Source of the DNA: Tubiluchus corallicola
Taxonomy: Eukaryota > Animalia > Priapulida
NCBI GenBank assembly: GCA_030141605.1
Contig: JAQGDQ010000047.1
Location: forward strand, 620,001-684,000
Length of the DNA stretch: 64,000 bases
Direction: 5' to 3'
The translations under genes and the position numbers were made by a program. Of the stretch, positions 11,401-25,100 are shown piece by piece; the first letter of the stretch is position 1; each line of letters starts with the position of its first letter. The notes beneath the pieces are model-generated. The model saw only the letters and a list, made by a program, of their open reading frames with translations. It ran no database searches and was not told the origin of the DNA.

Positions 11401-14400
11401 TTATCATGTTTCCCTTTGCTTCGCTTACTGGCTACTCGGTCTTCGCAAAGATTTTTTACATCGTATGTATCGCGTAGATGTGTCCACTCTCATACATGTA
11501 TGTGTATGAGATAAAGAAGATATCAAAATGACTTGATACTTGAACTGATGATCTCAGTTATTAGAAGAAACAGTGTAAAGCACTACTTTTGTGTTATACA
11601 TACTTCATTTTTTTTGCGTAAAATAAGCACTTAAAAGTGTGCAGAATATTACATCTTATAACCATATTGCAGAATATAAATCTAATGACAATGATGATGC
11701 GATGACGACTTATTATTGTTTCCAAAATAAAATCCAACTCTCGGCACACTAGTAAAGAAATTTCTTTAGCTAGCATATGGGATTTAATTAATATTATTTA
11801 TGGGCAACAAAAGTATCTGAAATTTCAAACAGTACATTTTTTGTCACATCTATACTACACACAAACTTACACTTTACAATGCAAAGCATATTCTTGCACG
11901 GTTCTAAAATTTAGATGTTTTTGCTGATTTGCAAATGCAAAGCACCACAAAAAAGTATTTAGTTTGGTTTTAGTAAATATGATAAAATTAAAGAAAAACG
12001 GGGCTTATATTCGGGTCAATGGATTCAAACATGTGTCTGTGAAAGGCAATCGATGTAGTACACTTTAATCGTTACTCGGGCAATAATTTCGCCAAATTCA
12101 CTTTCAAGTGGAAATCGGGAAAAGTGAATCAATGCCCAACGCTTCTAATCTCGCTTGTTCGTCTAATCCTTAAAGACATTTTCTCATTACTAAATGTTCT
12201 GTTTCTCTCTCATTGACCATTTTCTTTATTTTCAATTCTAGAGCAAAGTTAATAAAAGAGTGTCGTGGAAATTTTTAATGACAGGCAGGGTTTCGTTATC
12301 ATAGTGGTTTGGTTTGTAATTGTAAAATGGAGTAATGTGAAACAAAAGTGTACAGTTTATATGATGGTGCAGACATAATTCATGAAGGATAGAAGTCAAT
12401 GTCATTTGAATAAATTTTCTTCGAAAGAGATGATGATCATCACTGATTTTTTCATACGGCTTTAAAGATTAATAGAATTTCTCAAAATAAACAATCCAAT
12501 GTTTTGTCAGTTTCGTAACTGAGTGCTATTACAATCCAATGTTTTGTCAGTTTCTTAATTGAGTGCTATTGTCATACATGTATAAAATAATTTAATAGGG
12601 TGTTGCATTTCAATTAGAGCCAAGTAAATAGGTATGTTGACTTCAGATGTTTCATTTGCTTACTCCAATCTTAACTTTGGATAATGATAGCTTTGGTAGC
12701 TCCTTTAAGTGTCTTCCAAACCATTACTTAGTCTATTATGATGGTATCACATTCTACTCACATTTCCAACATGAGGCTCATACTGAAACTCACTAACAAA
12801 ACGCCCAAACTAAAATATATCCCTCAATATTAAAAGAAAATCAAAGCTACCCTGTCAGACTTCCTCAATGCATTATTCTATTGCCATGCCAAATACCCTT
12901 CTCTAGGTGTTTGGTCATAAACAATTAAACATGCTTTCAATTTCATATACAGAATGGAGCACTTACATCACTATGGAGCCAAAAGTATGAGACCGTGATC
13001 AATGACTAAACTGGAGTACTGAATAGCTATCTGGCGAATATCCTTGACAATCTGGATTCAAGCTAAAAAGCTCAAAAATTTCTTTCAACATTATTGGTGT
13101 CAAAAGAAATACCCATGATATAGCAAACTTGCAGCAGCAACTAGAATTAACTGCAGCAGCAATGAACTTCCCTAACAAACTTATAGCAGTCACAAGTGTC
13201 ACAAAGAATTTCCCTAATGGACGTGAGATATGTGATAGACCTGATAAATTTTTCATTAAAGGAAAACAGGACCACTTTTCATATCATACCTCATTTTGAA
13301 GCACGGTAAAATTTTAACACCTATAATATTGCTGAAGCATTTTTTTTAATTAAAGAATTGGTCAAAAACTTAGTTAATGATGGACGAACACAACTAGTGA
13401 TGAACTTATAATTTTCAACAGCACGAACATTCCATGAACATGTTGCACATATTTGCAAAAGCAGAAATTTGAAATACAGTGCTTCTGTATAACATTCAGT
13501 GTGACATACCAAAAACAGGGCAAATTTTAAGTTTACTGCTGTGCTCAGGTGTTAGATCTCGAATGTGTGTACAACGCCACAACTGAACACCTCTGCACTT
13601 AGAGGTACAGCACCCGTTTTTTGTGCAACACGTTTCCAAGATGTAGGCACTAGTGCCCATTTAATTCGCAAATATATGTAACAGCGAAGAACTAGTCACA
13701 CGAACGCAAAATTTCTGTTTTAATAATTCTTTCACATAAGTTATTCTTGGAAAATAAGCGTGTTCCCTTTCAAAATTTTATAGGGTAGATTGTTTTGAGC
13801 TATTGTTTAAGGTTGGGTCTGGTTTTCCTTTAAGGATTAAACATTTGACATTTAGAAAATTTGCTGCAAGTGCTCCACAGGTGGAACACATACATGAAGA
13901 ACACTGCAATAATTGTTGTTGCATAAATCTGTTTTCAATTTAAGTGCTTATACTGAAAATGCTAATTGGACGTGATCACCAACATTTTTTAAACAGTCGG
14001 AATTGCAGATTACAAGATTCAAGTATGCAGTCTTAGCCCGCAATGCAATTTAAGCTTGAGAAATCCTAATTTTGATAAGCACAAAGAAATTATACTAACA
14101 TTACAGATTATTGGAAAGATAGATTTCACCAAACATATAACATCATTTGTTTATCTGCTAAGTATTTTTTTGTGCTTTAAGCTTTCATAAGTTATAAAGG
14201 GAATCACTTAAAAGGGACTGCCTGTCATAGGGTTATTGATTTTTCTGAATAGCCTTGTTCAGTTTTGTATATGATCGTCCAGGCTAAGTTTGTTAGCAGT
14301 TTAAACATTTAAACTTTTTTCTCTGTGAAAATATGTTTCCAAATCACGCACAATGTTTATTTCCTTATTCTGCTAAACTTGAAGTTAGTAGTACTAGTAC

Positions 14401-17400
14401 CAGCCTCAAACTGTTGTAAAACTTCACAACCTAGAGTGCACTTACCCAGTTTTTTAAATAATTTTCCTAGGTCTATCCATGCATAGTAGCTGATATAAAA
14501 AAACAGTTCAGGCATTCCAGAAAAAGGAAGATAGATAACAGAAAAAAGGGCAGTGTAGAGCAAATTGTGCTGCCTCTAGAATTAGCATAAAGTGAACTAT
14601 AACATTGTTGTTACTGCGCCTTAGTTTTGGACTAGTAAGCGAATTATTCTCTCTTCTGAAGGGTTTGGCAAAATGAACGAAAACCGTTCTTTCTCAAGTC
14701 TGAGGTTCAAAAGTCGTTTCTGTTAATTTATGACACTTTACCACCTTACCAAATCTACAATACACCACACAACAACAGATGAATGATGAAGCGAATGCAA
14801 ATATAATTTGATAGGAGTAGTTGGTAGTGAACGTTATGCATTTAACATCAATGAGGTAAATTCTCTCAACCGATGAATGAACTGAAATTTACACCTGACA
14901 TCAGCTTGCCAATTAAACCGCTGTGCGTCATACATGCCCTAAAGCCAGTCAAATCCTCCTCATTAAACTTATTGCATACTCCTCCGCAACACTTACTCCA
15001 TACACCAATCAGGTGGCATACAAATAGCAGATTAGCTAAATTTCATGAGTTTGGAAAAGTCATACAGCAACTGAGGGAAACAAGGAAAAACCCAAAAGTC
15101 ACTGAAGTTACATTTTCAAATTTTTGCGTGATTATTATATAAAATCAAAATTATTAAAATTACACGTGCAATAACAAAAGCTGCTTCTTCTCAGCAAACA
15201 AAAATGGCAAAAATGAATAGACAGCAGTTTAATTAAATTGTCATTAGTTAATTAAAATGATCAAAGCAGCAATTTTTCAGCACTTTGCACAATGGAATTT
15301 GTTTTTGATATGATTCTATAGTGAATAAACGAACAGCACGATACAGTTTCTCTTTTATTACTGACTGCGTTTTTTTGTAAGTGATATATATGAATTATTT
15401 ATTAAAAATTCAACTAGAATGATGAAACTAGTCTCTATCAGTACGAACAGTTTCAAGCTCGTCAATACTAGGAATGTGAGAGCAGCGAATTCTGTGGCTG
15501 TCACGTCTATGTCCACGTAGCAAGCTTTGTCTGTCCATGTATTTTTCTTTAGAATGTCAAGTGTGATTTTACAGTTTTATACGTTATATATGCTGAAAGA
15601 GTGTTTCAATTTCACTAATGCATAACTTACCTACGGCACGTGCCACTTGTGACGCGTTCATTCCTCTTTCATTTGGATTGACCCGAAACGTCATTTGTGG
15701 ACCATCAATTCTGTAACAATTTTTTTAATTTATTCTACATTTATCAAGCAAACTGCATGCCAGCCTGACGTACACTATAAATTAGATATCTCAGGGTAAC
15801 TAACTAACAAGTGCTATAAGCATACTAATATTACGTCAATAAATGTGGTCATACTTATACTGACATGTATAGTGCTTCCAGTAAGAATTATTGTAGTTTA
15901 ACTATACTATATGATTTTATGTCTTTCACTATATAATTTAAAGCTCAACAGCAGTTCTTTGGAATTTTGTCAGCATATTTCGCTGTATCAACATATTTTT
16001 TCTGCACTGTTTCTTTTGGAGTACCCTGTACAAGTATCTCCATGCTTTGGTGCATATTGTCAATGAGCAATGAGAATATAAAATTATTTGTCCCCCAGAA
16101 AGTCATAAATTTTAAACAATATATTAACTAATTTTTATTTGTCAAAATACACAATAATTCTCAAGAGGCGAAAAAATATTAATCTTTAACTCTTAAAAAA
16201 CGTTAATCTTTAATTTGTACAAATTCGTAATCTCAACGACTTACGAAGAATACACAATGACATTTAAGAAAGACAAAATAAATGAATAACGATAAATACA
16301 GAAAAGTGAAAATCTTGTCACAACAATGCTGTTTATTAATATTTAACCAGTATAGCATTTAAAACGGTACAATACATGCATTTTTAATTTTCACATATTT
16401 TTTATGACTAGAAATTCTGATGTTGCCAGTAATAACTGCAGTGCATACGTGCAGTGCATGCAGAACGCAAGCAATAACATCCATTTGGCTTCATACATAA
16501 TTACAGAGAAAGTCAATATTCTGTAACCGGCATGGATAAAACAGCTATTAGAGAAGCCAAGACCATGCAAGTCATCTGCAGTCGGATGCTTTCAGAACAA
16601 GGTTGTTAAATGTCTTCTCACTATTTACAGAGTAGCGCGAGGTGTATGTGGAACTTCTCAGATTATCAAACAATAACAGTGTACAAGACTGACCTTAAAT
16701 CACTGAAGGTAGACGGGTCCAGTTCCAAGGCTCTTGCTATGGCATCTAAAAGCGTTTGTGCAATAGAAGGTGTCAAACTAAAACATTAAAAGCATTATAT
16801 TAAATCCTACAAAACAAATAAATTCAAATAGTAATGGTAAAAAACATGCGATCACAGCAGCTAGTTTTATACAATGCCGAAAAATCACAAATGGTAACTG
16901 TAGCTGCTACTTTATATGTTTACAGGCTTACAAAAATGTTGAGTTTTATGGACAATAAATACTAAATTTGAGTGCTGCACTTAACTAGCTCTTGCTTTTT
17001 GTTAGTATAGCATGTCAATAAATTATTTATTGAATATTTAAATTATAAAAACGCATACAATGCTATCGCATAAGCTATTTCAATATTATTTTTGAAGCTT
17101 CTTGGAAAAGCAGGTTTTGCTACGACATACTTAAATTTGCAGATATTTGCTGTGAATAATTTAAGCAACTAAACAAGTGAGTATATCAGGTACTTCTGAT
17201 AAAACTGCTATTCGTGTAGTACTGATGTTTTGCACGACAAGTTCTTTGATAGAAGAGCTGTTATAATGCACACTTTCTTGAGTGTATGCTCAACTTATAT
17301 TACAAAGTACAGGTGATTTGTTTGCAGATAATTTATATCGCAAAAATAGTCATACAAAAATGATGTTGCTGAGCATCTATGATAAGTGCGTAACAAAACT

Positions 17401-20400
17401 AATTTGCTCCTTCAGGTGCTTTTAGTTGCAAAATTCTAGAACGGTTATTTTGTAGTTTAGCTGCTAATGTATAAAGTGAATGCTCATCTCAGATTGCTAA
17501 TTGTAGTTTAGATAATAGTTGCTTAGAAGGCAGATCTCAAAGACTGAAAAATTTCTTCATTTAAAAAAAGATGTGTTAAATGGTGCTTTTTATGGTACAA
17601 AACTAGACCTATGCCAGTCCATTCAAGGAGGTCAACATACATCTTCTTTACTTTAAGAATCTTCCCTAGTATTTTTCTAATGAAAAACAGAAAATGAAAA
17701 ATTCTGATATGGGTATCACATGACCTACAAGTGGAAAAGAAAAATGCATACAATCAAGACAATGACGGGTGCTCTAAATTATAGCTTACCGATCTTTTGT
17801 AACAATGTAAGCATGAGATGAGTCTACAATGTCTACACTGTCGTCATCATCAGATTTTCCAAGATTATCAGACTTCACTTCCAGTTTTATCTCTCTATCA
17901 TTATCACCTGCAAAAGCAGAACTGGCACTATTAAAAGCTCTCTTCATAATTGCACTTCCATAACATTGCGAGCAATGCAGAGTAATTTTTGTGTTGAAAA
18001 GTCAACAGATTTCCACAACAAAAGTTAGAGGACCATCTTATTTGATTATCTTATTTCCTACTGTCATTACATTTGCAGAGGTTTGTGTCGAAAAGCTTAG
18101 TCAAATCCATCGTTTTTTGCTCTATCAGATATTTGTATCATAAATATTTATGAGAAAAAAAGGAAGAGGAAATATGAACACACGTTTTAGATAAAACTGC
18201 AAGAAAAGCTGCAGGGGTGGCTGCATTGGTGACCTTTAGGTCTTTCACCACTACATCATACATATATTACATAATCTCTGTAACTGCCTTATAAACTTTG
18301 CATTAAACAGGAGGAATGATTTTTTTGAATTGAACTTGCATAGCTAGTAAAACGGTAGTAAAACTGTGTCACTTCATAATGATTTTTCTTAATCAGACTA
18401 CTCATCATAAAATCAGCATTATATATACTTTTACCACTGCTTTACCAAATATGCAAGTACATATATTTTAGGATATATATCTATATTCGCAACAGGGCTG
18501 AAAATAATATAATGTCATGTAGAAATCAGGGAACAAAATTTATGTTTATACTAACAACACAAAAATATAACTCTTCATCCGATCTTAATCATGTTTGAAG
18601 TATGTGGAAATAACACAGTGTGCCAAAAACAGGATTGAATTTCGCTCTCATAAATATCAAGTATTGAAAAGCAAACTTTCATGAAGCAAGATAACTCTCA
18701 CTTACTGTTCTTTTCAAAAAAAGCTTAATTTTTGTGAATTCTTATCAGATTTCAAAAAAACATTTGCTGCCATTTGACGACCATCTATGAACAGCAGCAA
18801 TTTCTTTAATCGTTTTTATAAGATCAGATAAACTTCACTAAATCACCAGTTAAATAAGTATTTATTGCATTTTCACCAATCTTTTAAATAAATTATATAT
18901 GAACACAAAGTATAGCAGAAACTAAAAACAGATTACAGAATTTACTATGAAAAACATGAAATTAAGCAGTAAGATAAGACGACCATCAATCTGGTGCTCG
19001 CGTAAATCATCAAGCAAACAAAAAAGGTTTGTACTAAAATTTCCAAAAAACTGCATGTAATCATAGGATCTGAGAGAAGTTACAAAATAATATATATATA
19101 TGTTTTTGGATTATTGGACTACTACTAATGAATATACGAATAATACTAACCTATTTCATCAGCTAGCATTTTAGGGTCACCATACTGTATCGATTCGGGC
19201 TGCCCTTTTACTCTGTTAAAAGCTGATTCTCCATCCCTTGATATATCTGTCAAAAGATTTGAATTTGCTAAATTGGTTAATACCTCTTTTGTGTGTGCAA
19301 ACCATCATTGCACAAAAATACACAAACAGAAAAACTGCAGTAATCAACATTTACATTAGATAAAAAAATTTACAATTACTAAATGGCCCACTATTTTCTA
19401 ACCAGATAAGAGAAAAAATCAGATACTAAGTAATATTTTAATAAATATTTTTAAATATTAATAATTTTATTAAAATAAAATGAATTATTTAAAACAGAAC
19501 ATTTCGGTTTATTCGCTAAACAATTCTCAACTGATATATCTGTGATGAAAGTTAAATTTACACTAAAATTTTTGTAAATTAAGATTTTTTTCTACAATAC
19601 GAAATGCAACATGTTTTAACTATACCATCAATCTGGAACACACTAAAATTTTTTCGTAACGTAATTACCCTTTTAAAGTATGTAAGGTATTTAAGTTGTA
19701 AAAACCCATGAATTTTGCTGTAAATTTATATACCTAATGCATTAAATAATATTATTTTATATAAATTTGTAAATTAGCCATATTTTGGAGTGACCTAAAT
19801 TCAAATTAAATGTTATCAATCACCTAATTTGAATTTAAGTCATTTCAAGACTTTAATGTGAATTTAACTTTCACTACAGATATGTCAATAGAGACTACTG
19901 AATTAACAAAACATTCTGTCTTAAATAAATCCATATAATTCCAAACTTTATCGACAAGTTACTATAAAAAATAAAATACAATAAAAATAAAATAAAATAG
20001 TATAATGTAAAAATAAAATAAGCTTACAGTTTTCAACTATACGTAGAAAATCTTTTATACCCTTGAAACTTTTCTTAACCATACATAAGCTTGATCACAT
20101 ACATAATGAGTAGCCATGAATGACAGGTTTACATTGCTTAATGCTTTAGAGTGTTAATATCAAAACAAAGCAAACTAACAACTTGTAACATAACCACAAA
20201 AATCTTTAACTCTTGGATTAAATATTAAATATATAAATAATGTTTTTTAAACTATAGTCCAGCAGAAGATGAGTTTTCCTGAAAGTAATTCATAACAAAC
20301 CAGTTTTCATAGAAAGTAAAAATATAATCTACCTTGTATTGGAATGTGTTCAACATACTCCTCATCTCTCTTCTCGCTAACTACTTGATCAGCTAAGTCG

Positions 20401-22113
20401 ATGATTTTCTTAATATCAGCATCTGTCACATCTTCCTCTGTAGAAAAACATGGCATTGAATGCAGGCAAGAAACCAATTCCTTGTTATATAAAACAACTA
20501 ACAGCATCCAATGAATAGAACGAGAACAGTATATTTTAGCTTCCAAACGACACTGAACAAACATGATATCCTTGGATGTAATAATGGAACTATACACGAT
20601 TTACTTTTTGTTTTACCAAACTCTCATCTAGCAAGCCATTCAGTGATCTTAGACAACACTTTCTATGTTAATATTAATTCCTCAGCTCATAAACCACTAG
20701 GACACTGTACACGAATTACATAATATTATGTTATTCACAAAATCTTACCACTCTTATAAATGTGTTTTATTTGAAGGCTTTCTATTAAATGCAACAAATA
20801 AATCAACTTATATATTCCAATGACCCAACATGAACAATAATTATGTAGTATAAATGATCTGTGCACTAGATGAGAAGCAAACATGTAGTACTGGGACATA
20901 TTTTGCATATCATTAATAAATATCAATAAATGCATACCAATAATAATAATTGCATATCAATCATTAATAAATTAGATAGTTACAAGAAAATGGTGTATAA
21001 CATCCTGCTTACATAAAATCAATAAACAAAAGATACCTGGCCAACCATGTTCAGCTAGATAAGCAGTTAAGACATCTTCCAATCGTTCTTCCTGTTCAGG
21101 TGAAAGTTCAGACACTTTAGATTCATCTAATGTAGGTTCTGCGAAAAAAATATTGAATGTTATTGAAATAAACAACAACATTCACTTACTAATATATGCC
21201 CACATTTTACTAAAAAACTAAACCTATTTTCAAATGTATTACACTCTTACAGTAGTATCATCCAAACCTAATAATGTAATTAGTTCTATTTTTCTTAGTT
21301 TTTTGGTGCAATTAATTCAAAGAAAAATGTTTTTTCTCACCTCTTTGCTCTTTTGAAGCTACTAAACTATCATAGAAAGATGGAGGTAAATAATCATCCA
21401 ATGTCTTTGGTTCATCTCTTTCGCTCTTTGAATCATCCTGCAGCAACGAAGCCATTTCTGACTCTTCCGCGGGAGATTTGTCAAGCAGACCATCATCAAA
21501 CAGTGGCTCTTCGCTATGGTCCATACTTTCCATGTCTTGGAGCTTGTCGACGCCAATTCGACCTTCTTCCATTTCTCTAATATCTAGCAATGTGGCAAAA
21601 AATAATTAGTTTGAAAAACGGTGAAAACAATAAAAATAGCACGTGATAGTAACCACATATGAAAGATGTACAGCTTGTGAAAAATAGAAAGAAAGCTCAC
21701 AAGAAATCCAAAAACAGGATAATACAAAATACTTGCACTTGTCAAGGTGAAGAATGACACACTGCAGAATATTTATAATACTAATGTAAAGTAAAAGACA
21801 GCAGAAGACATTAATCATTATTCATTTTAATTTAGCATATTAAGCTGTAAAACTGCAAAGGCAACGAATCTGTAGTGAAGACTGTTCACTCACCAATTGC
21901 TAATTATTTGCTCTTCATAGCATATCTTGATAATTGAACAGTTTATTATTGTTTAGGATGCGAGTAAAAAATAGCACGCTAATGATATGTGGAAAGTGCA
22001 TGCAAAAACAAAATCACGAAAGGTAAAGCATTGCATAAATTGTTCACATCTACAACCTAGAGGAGGATATAACTCGATGCAACAAGCATGCAGCATATAA
22101 ATACATACATACA

Positions 22114-22144
<31 letters not shown>

Positions 22145-25100
22145 GCTCCAGAAGTAAATTAAATCAACAACCACATATAATTGCAGGTGGTGGTACAACA
22201 GCAGGGAAGGCACGTGATATCAAAGCGAACTTGCTACCTTCAGGCTCGTCCACCATCCCAGCAGCAGGGGCAGCGTACTTGCCGGAATTTTTTCTTTCTT
22301 CTTCTTGCAAAACCCAGTCGATTATATCATCGTCAGTCCATTCGTTGCTTTCAGGATAGATCAGGCGATCACTGGGTTCCACAGAATTTTGCATCAAGTA
22401 TCTCAGATCAGGATCCTCATAATCATAGTAATTATTATAGCCAAGTGGAGATGGAACATTGTAATCATTAGATGGCATATATTTCTTATTGTCTAAAAGA
22501 GTGTCTAGATCGTTGCTGTTGTCATTGTAGTATTCATCTACTGTATTATCAATTTCATCTTCATACTCATTAAGTGGAAAATTGCCAAATCTTTGACTCA
22601 GAGGCAAATTAATGTAGCCCTCACTGGGTAAATCATCATGTTCTTCCTGTGGGCCGTAATACCATTCAGAAGACGGACTCTGAGTATTCGCTAATGGCAA
22701 CTGCTCATATTTGTCATAAGATGGAAAACTTTCGTAATCATCATAAAGGGGATAAGGAGGAGAATCTACAGAACCACCGTCACCAACTACACTATGAGAA
22801 CTGCTAGCTACAGGAATGTTGCTATGTCTGCCATCTAAAAGTAAATCATCATAATTAGCAGCCAAGGGAACATTGTCATACAAAGGAAACTGACTCCCCA
22901 CGCCCTCATCATTAGCATAATCATTATAGTCAACTCCATAATCACCGTAATCTGAGTTGAGGCCATCATCTGGAAGTGTGCCAGCTTCCTTCAGAAGCTC
23001 GGGATAATGGTTGCTAAGATACAAAATGAGAAGACGTTCTAAGTTTGCATTTGAGTTGTCGCCACCGTTGAGAAAGTCGTATTTTTGTAAAGAGTGTTGA
23101 CCTGGATCATTTGTGTATTCTCCAGTAGCCTATAAAAACACATAGCATATAATTAGCTTTCTCATACTGGAGTAACAGTACTGTTCTAGCTCTATTACAC
23201 TTGAAAATCCTTATCAAGTATGTGGTTTTGTTCTAGAGCTTATAAATAAATCAGGATTATCAATCCACTAATTACTTAACATTTGTTAAATATTTATAAG
23301 CAGCTAATAGATGGTACAAATAAGGCAAGCAGCAAAGCATTCATTGTTGGGTAGGTTGGCAGACACATAGATAGGGCACAAAGTATACACTACGTTTAAA
23401 CAAAGCATAAATTTTGTATGTCATTTTGCTTGCCATGAGATGCACAACTATTTATTCTCGTTAAAGATTATTTATGTCAAAATTCGAATTTGGCACCGAA
23501 TGTTCAGGGGAATTGAATTAGATCAGCAAAGTATTCAATGAAGATTTATGTTTCTCAGGTTTACATTTGCAATGGAGCCATAAAATAAAACTACAGCCAC
23601 AAACGCAAGCACTTTTCGAATAAACAAACAAACAAACTGAAGGAAGCATATTAGTATCAGATACGAAAATTAGAAAATAGCACCAGATAATATAAAGAAA
23701 ATTTTACACTTAAACAGACTTTGCATCTACACTATTTATATACATCTGACTTGTAATTAGCCTATAATTTACAATTGAAAAAAAAGAGCCCACTGCATAC
23801 GGTGACCGTCATAACTTAATATTCAGATAAATTCGAGATCAATTTCCTCATTAAAAATCTCCACGTATGTTTTTGTCATTCGTGTCTTTCACTTGTATAG
23901 GTAGTGCAGTCGCGCTAGAGGTGACCTTCTGCTAATGACATATTATGCATGATTTCTACAGAAATAATTACTTTTAGCATGTGAAATTCTCAAATTAGAC
24001 ATGGTATAAACAAATTATACAGCGGTACTGATCACTTAAAGGGTTTACGACTATTAAGGTTATTTCTCAAAGGCATTTCTTCCACAGTAATCTCGGGATA
24101 CAGTGTAGCATCTCTTTAGATGATCTTGCCCAACAAGGAAATACGGATATAAAATTGCTTATGCAAAATGCTTTTTCAAAGTCACATCAAGCTTTTCATA
24201 AAAATTTTATAATGAGACAAGACGTTTAATCAAAAACTTTTTGTTGTAGTTTAGGCGGCATTGCTATACACATCGAAAACCAGTTTTCTGAGGTCTCCCA
24301 GACAACAGAGAGAAAATTTCTGTTTCACTGTTCTTAACAGAATTAATTCTAAACACAGCAATTCAAGAGTAATGTATTTGTGAACATTTTGAACATTCAA
24401 CAAAATCATAATTGCTAAATTCAATGGTTAAGATTTGTGTTTATGTGCATGTTGGCCTGAAAATACTGACAAAGCAGGCATATTTATAATTTACCAGCTA
24501 AAACAGCAAACTGGCAATCAAACATATAATAAAATGTTTTATTTCTAAGAAAACAAAAATATCCAATAATAACTTGCTCCAATTTTGCACCTTAGAAACT
24601 AGTTAAAAGCAAAAATAAGCTTTATGAGTTCGCAGGTGATGAGAATGTTATTTTTCATAACAAAGAACCAAATTTTTGAAAGTTGCCTCTTCAAAAAGGT
24701 TTTTTTAACTCGTTGTTTTGATTTCTGTTCACAACTGCTTTTTCAGACATTAATCCTTCTTTAGAGTTTTCCTGCTAACTTGTTTTAGCAGATAGTAAAA
24801 TAAATTAGTCTGCTATGCTATAAAATACACATGCGTCTGTAGTTCTAATTAAAGAGAAAGCACTCCAAGCAAACCTGCCACGTCAATTTGTTTTAATTAT
24901 ATGCTTTAAGTGCAGTTATGGAATATTAATTTTATTGTGATGTTCTGGCTTCATGTGAAATGTAAGTTATTGCAGAAACAGCCTACGCTAGGATGAGGCT
25001 GAGCAAATTATTGAAATCAATAAAACTACAAGACTGCTCCTGAATTGCAGCTGCCTACACTTTTGTAAGACATACTTAACTAGTTTAAATTTGTATGGTA

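Noticed and set aside
20438-21036. PTPRN intron 7 donor GTATCTTT resembles a U12 5' splice site
   Set aside because: It deviates from GTATCCTT and there is no TCCTTAAC-like branch point near the acceptor; treated as U2-type.
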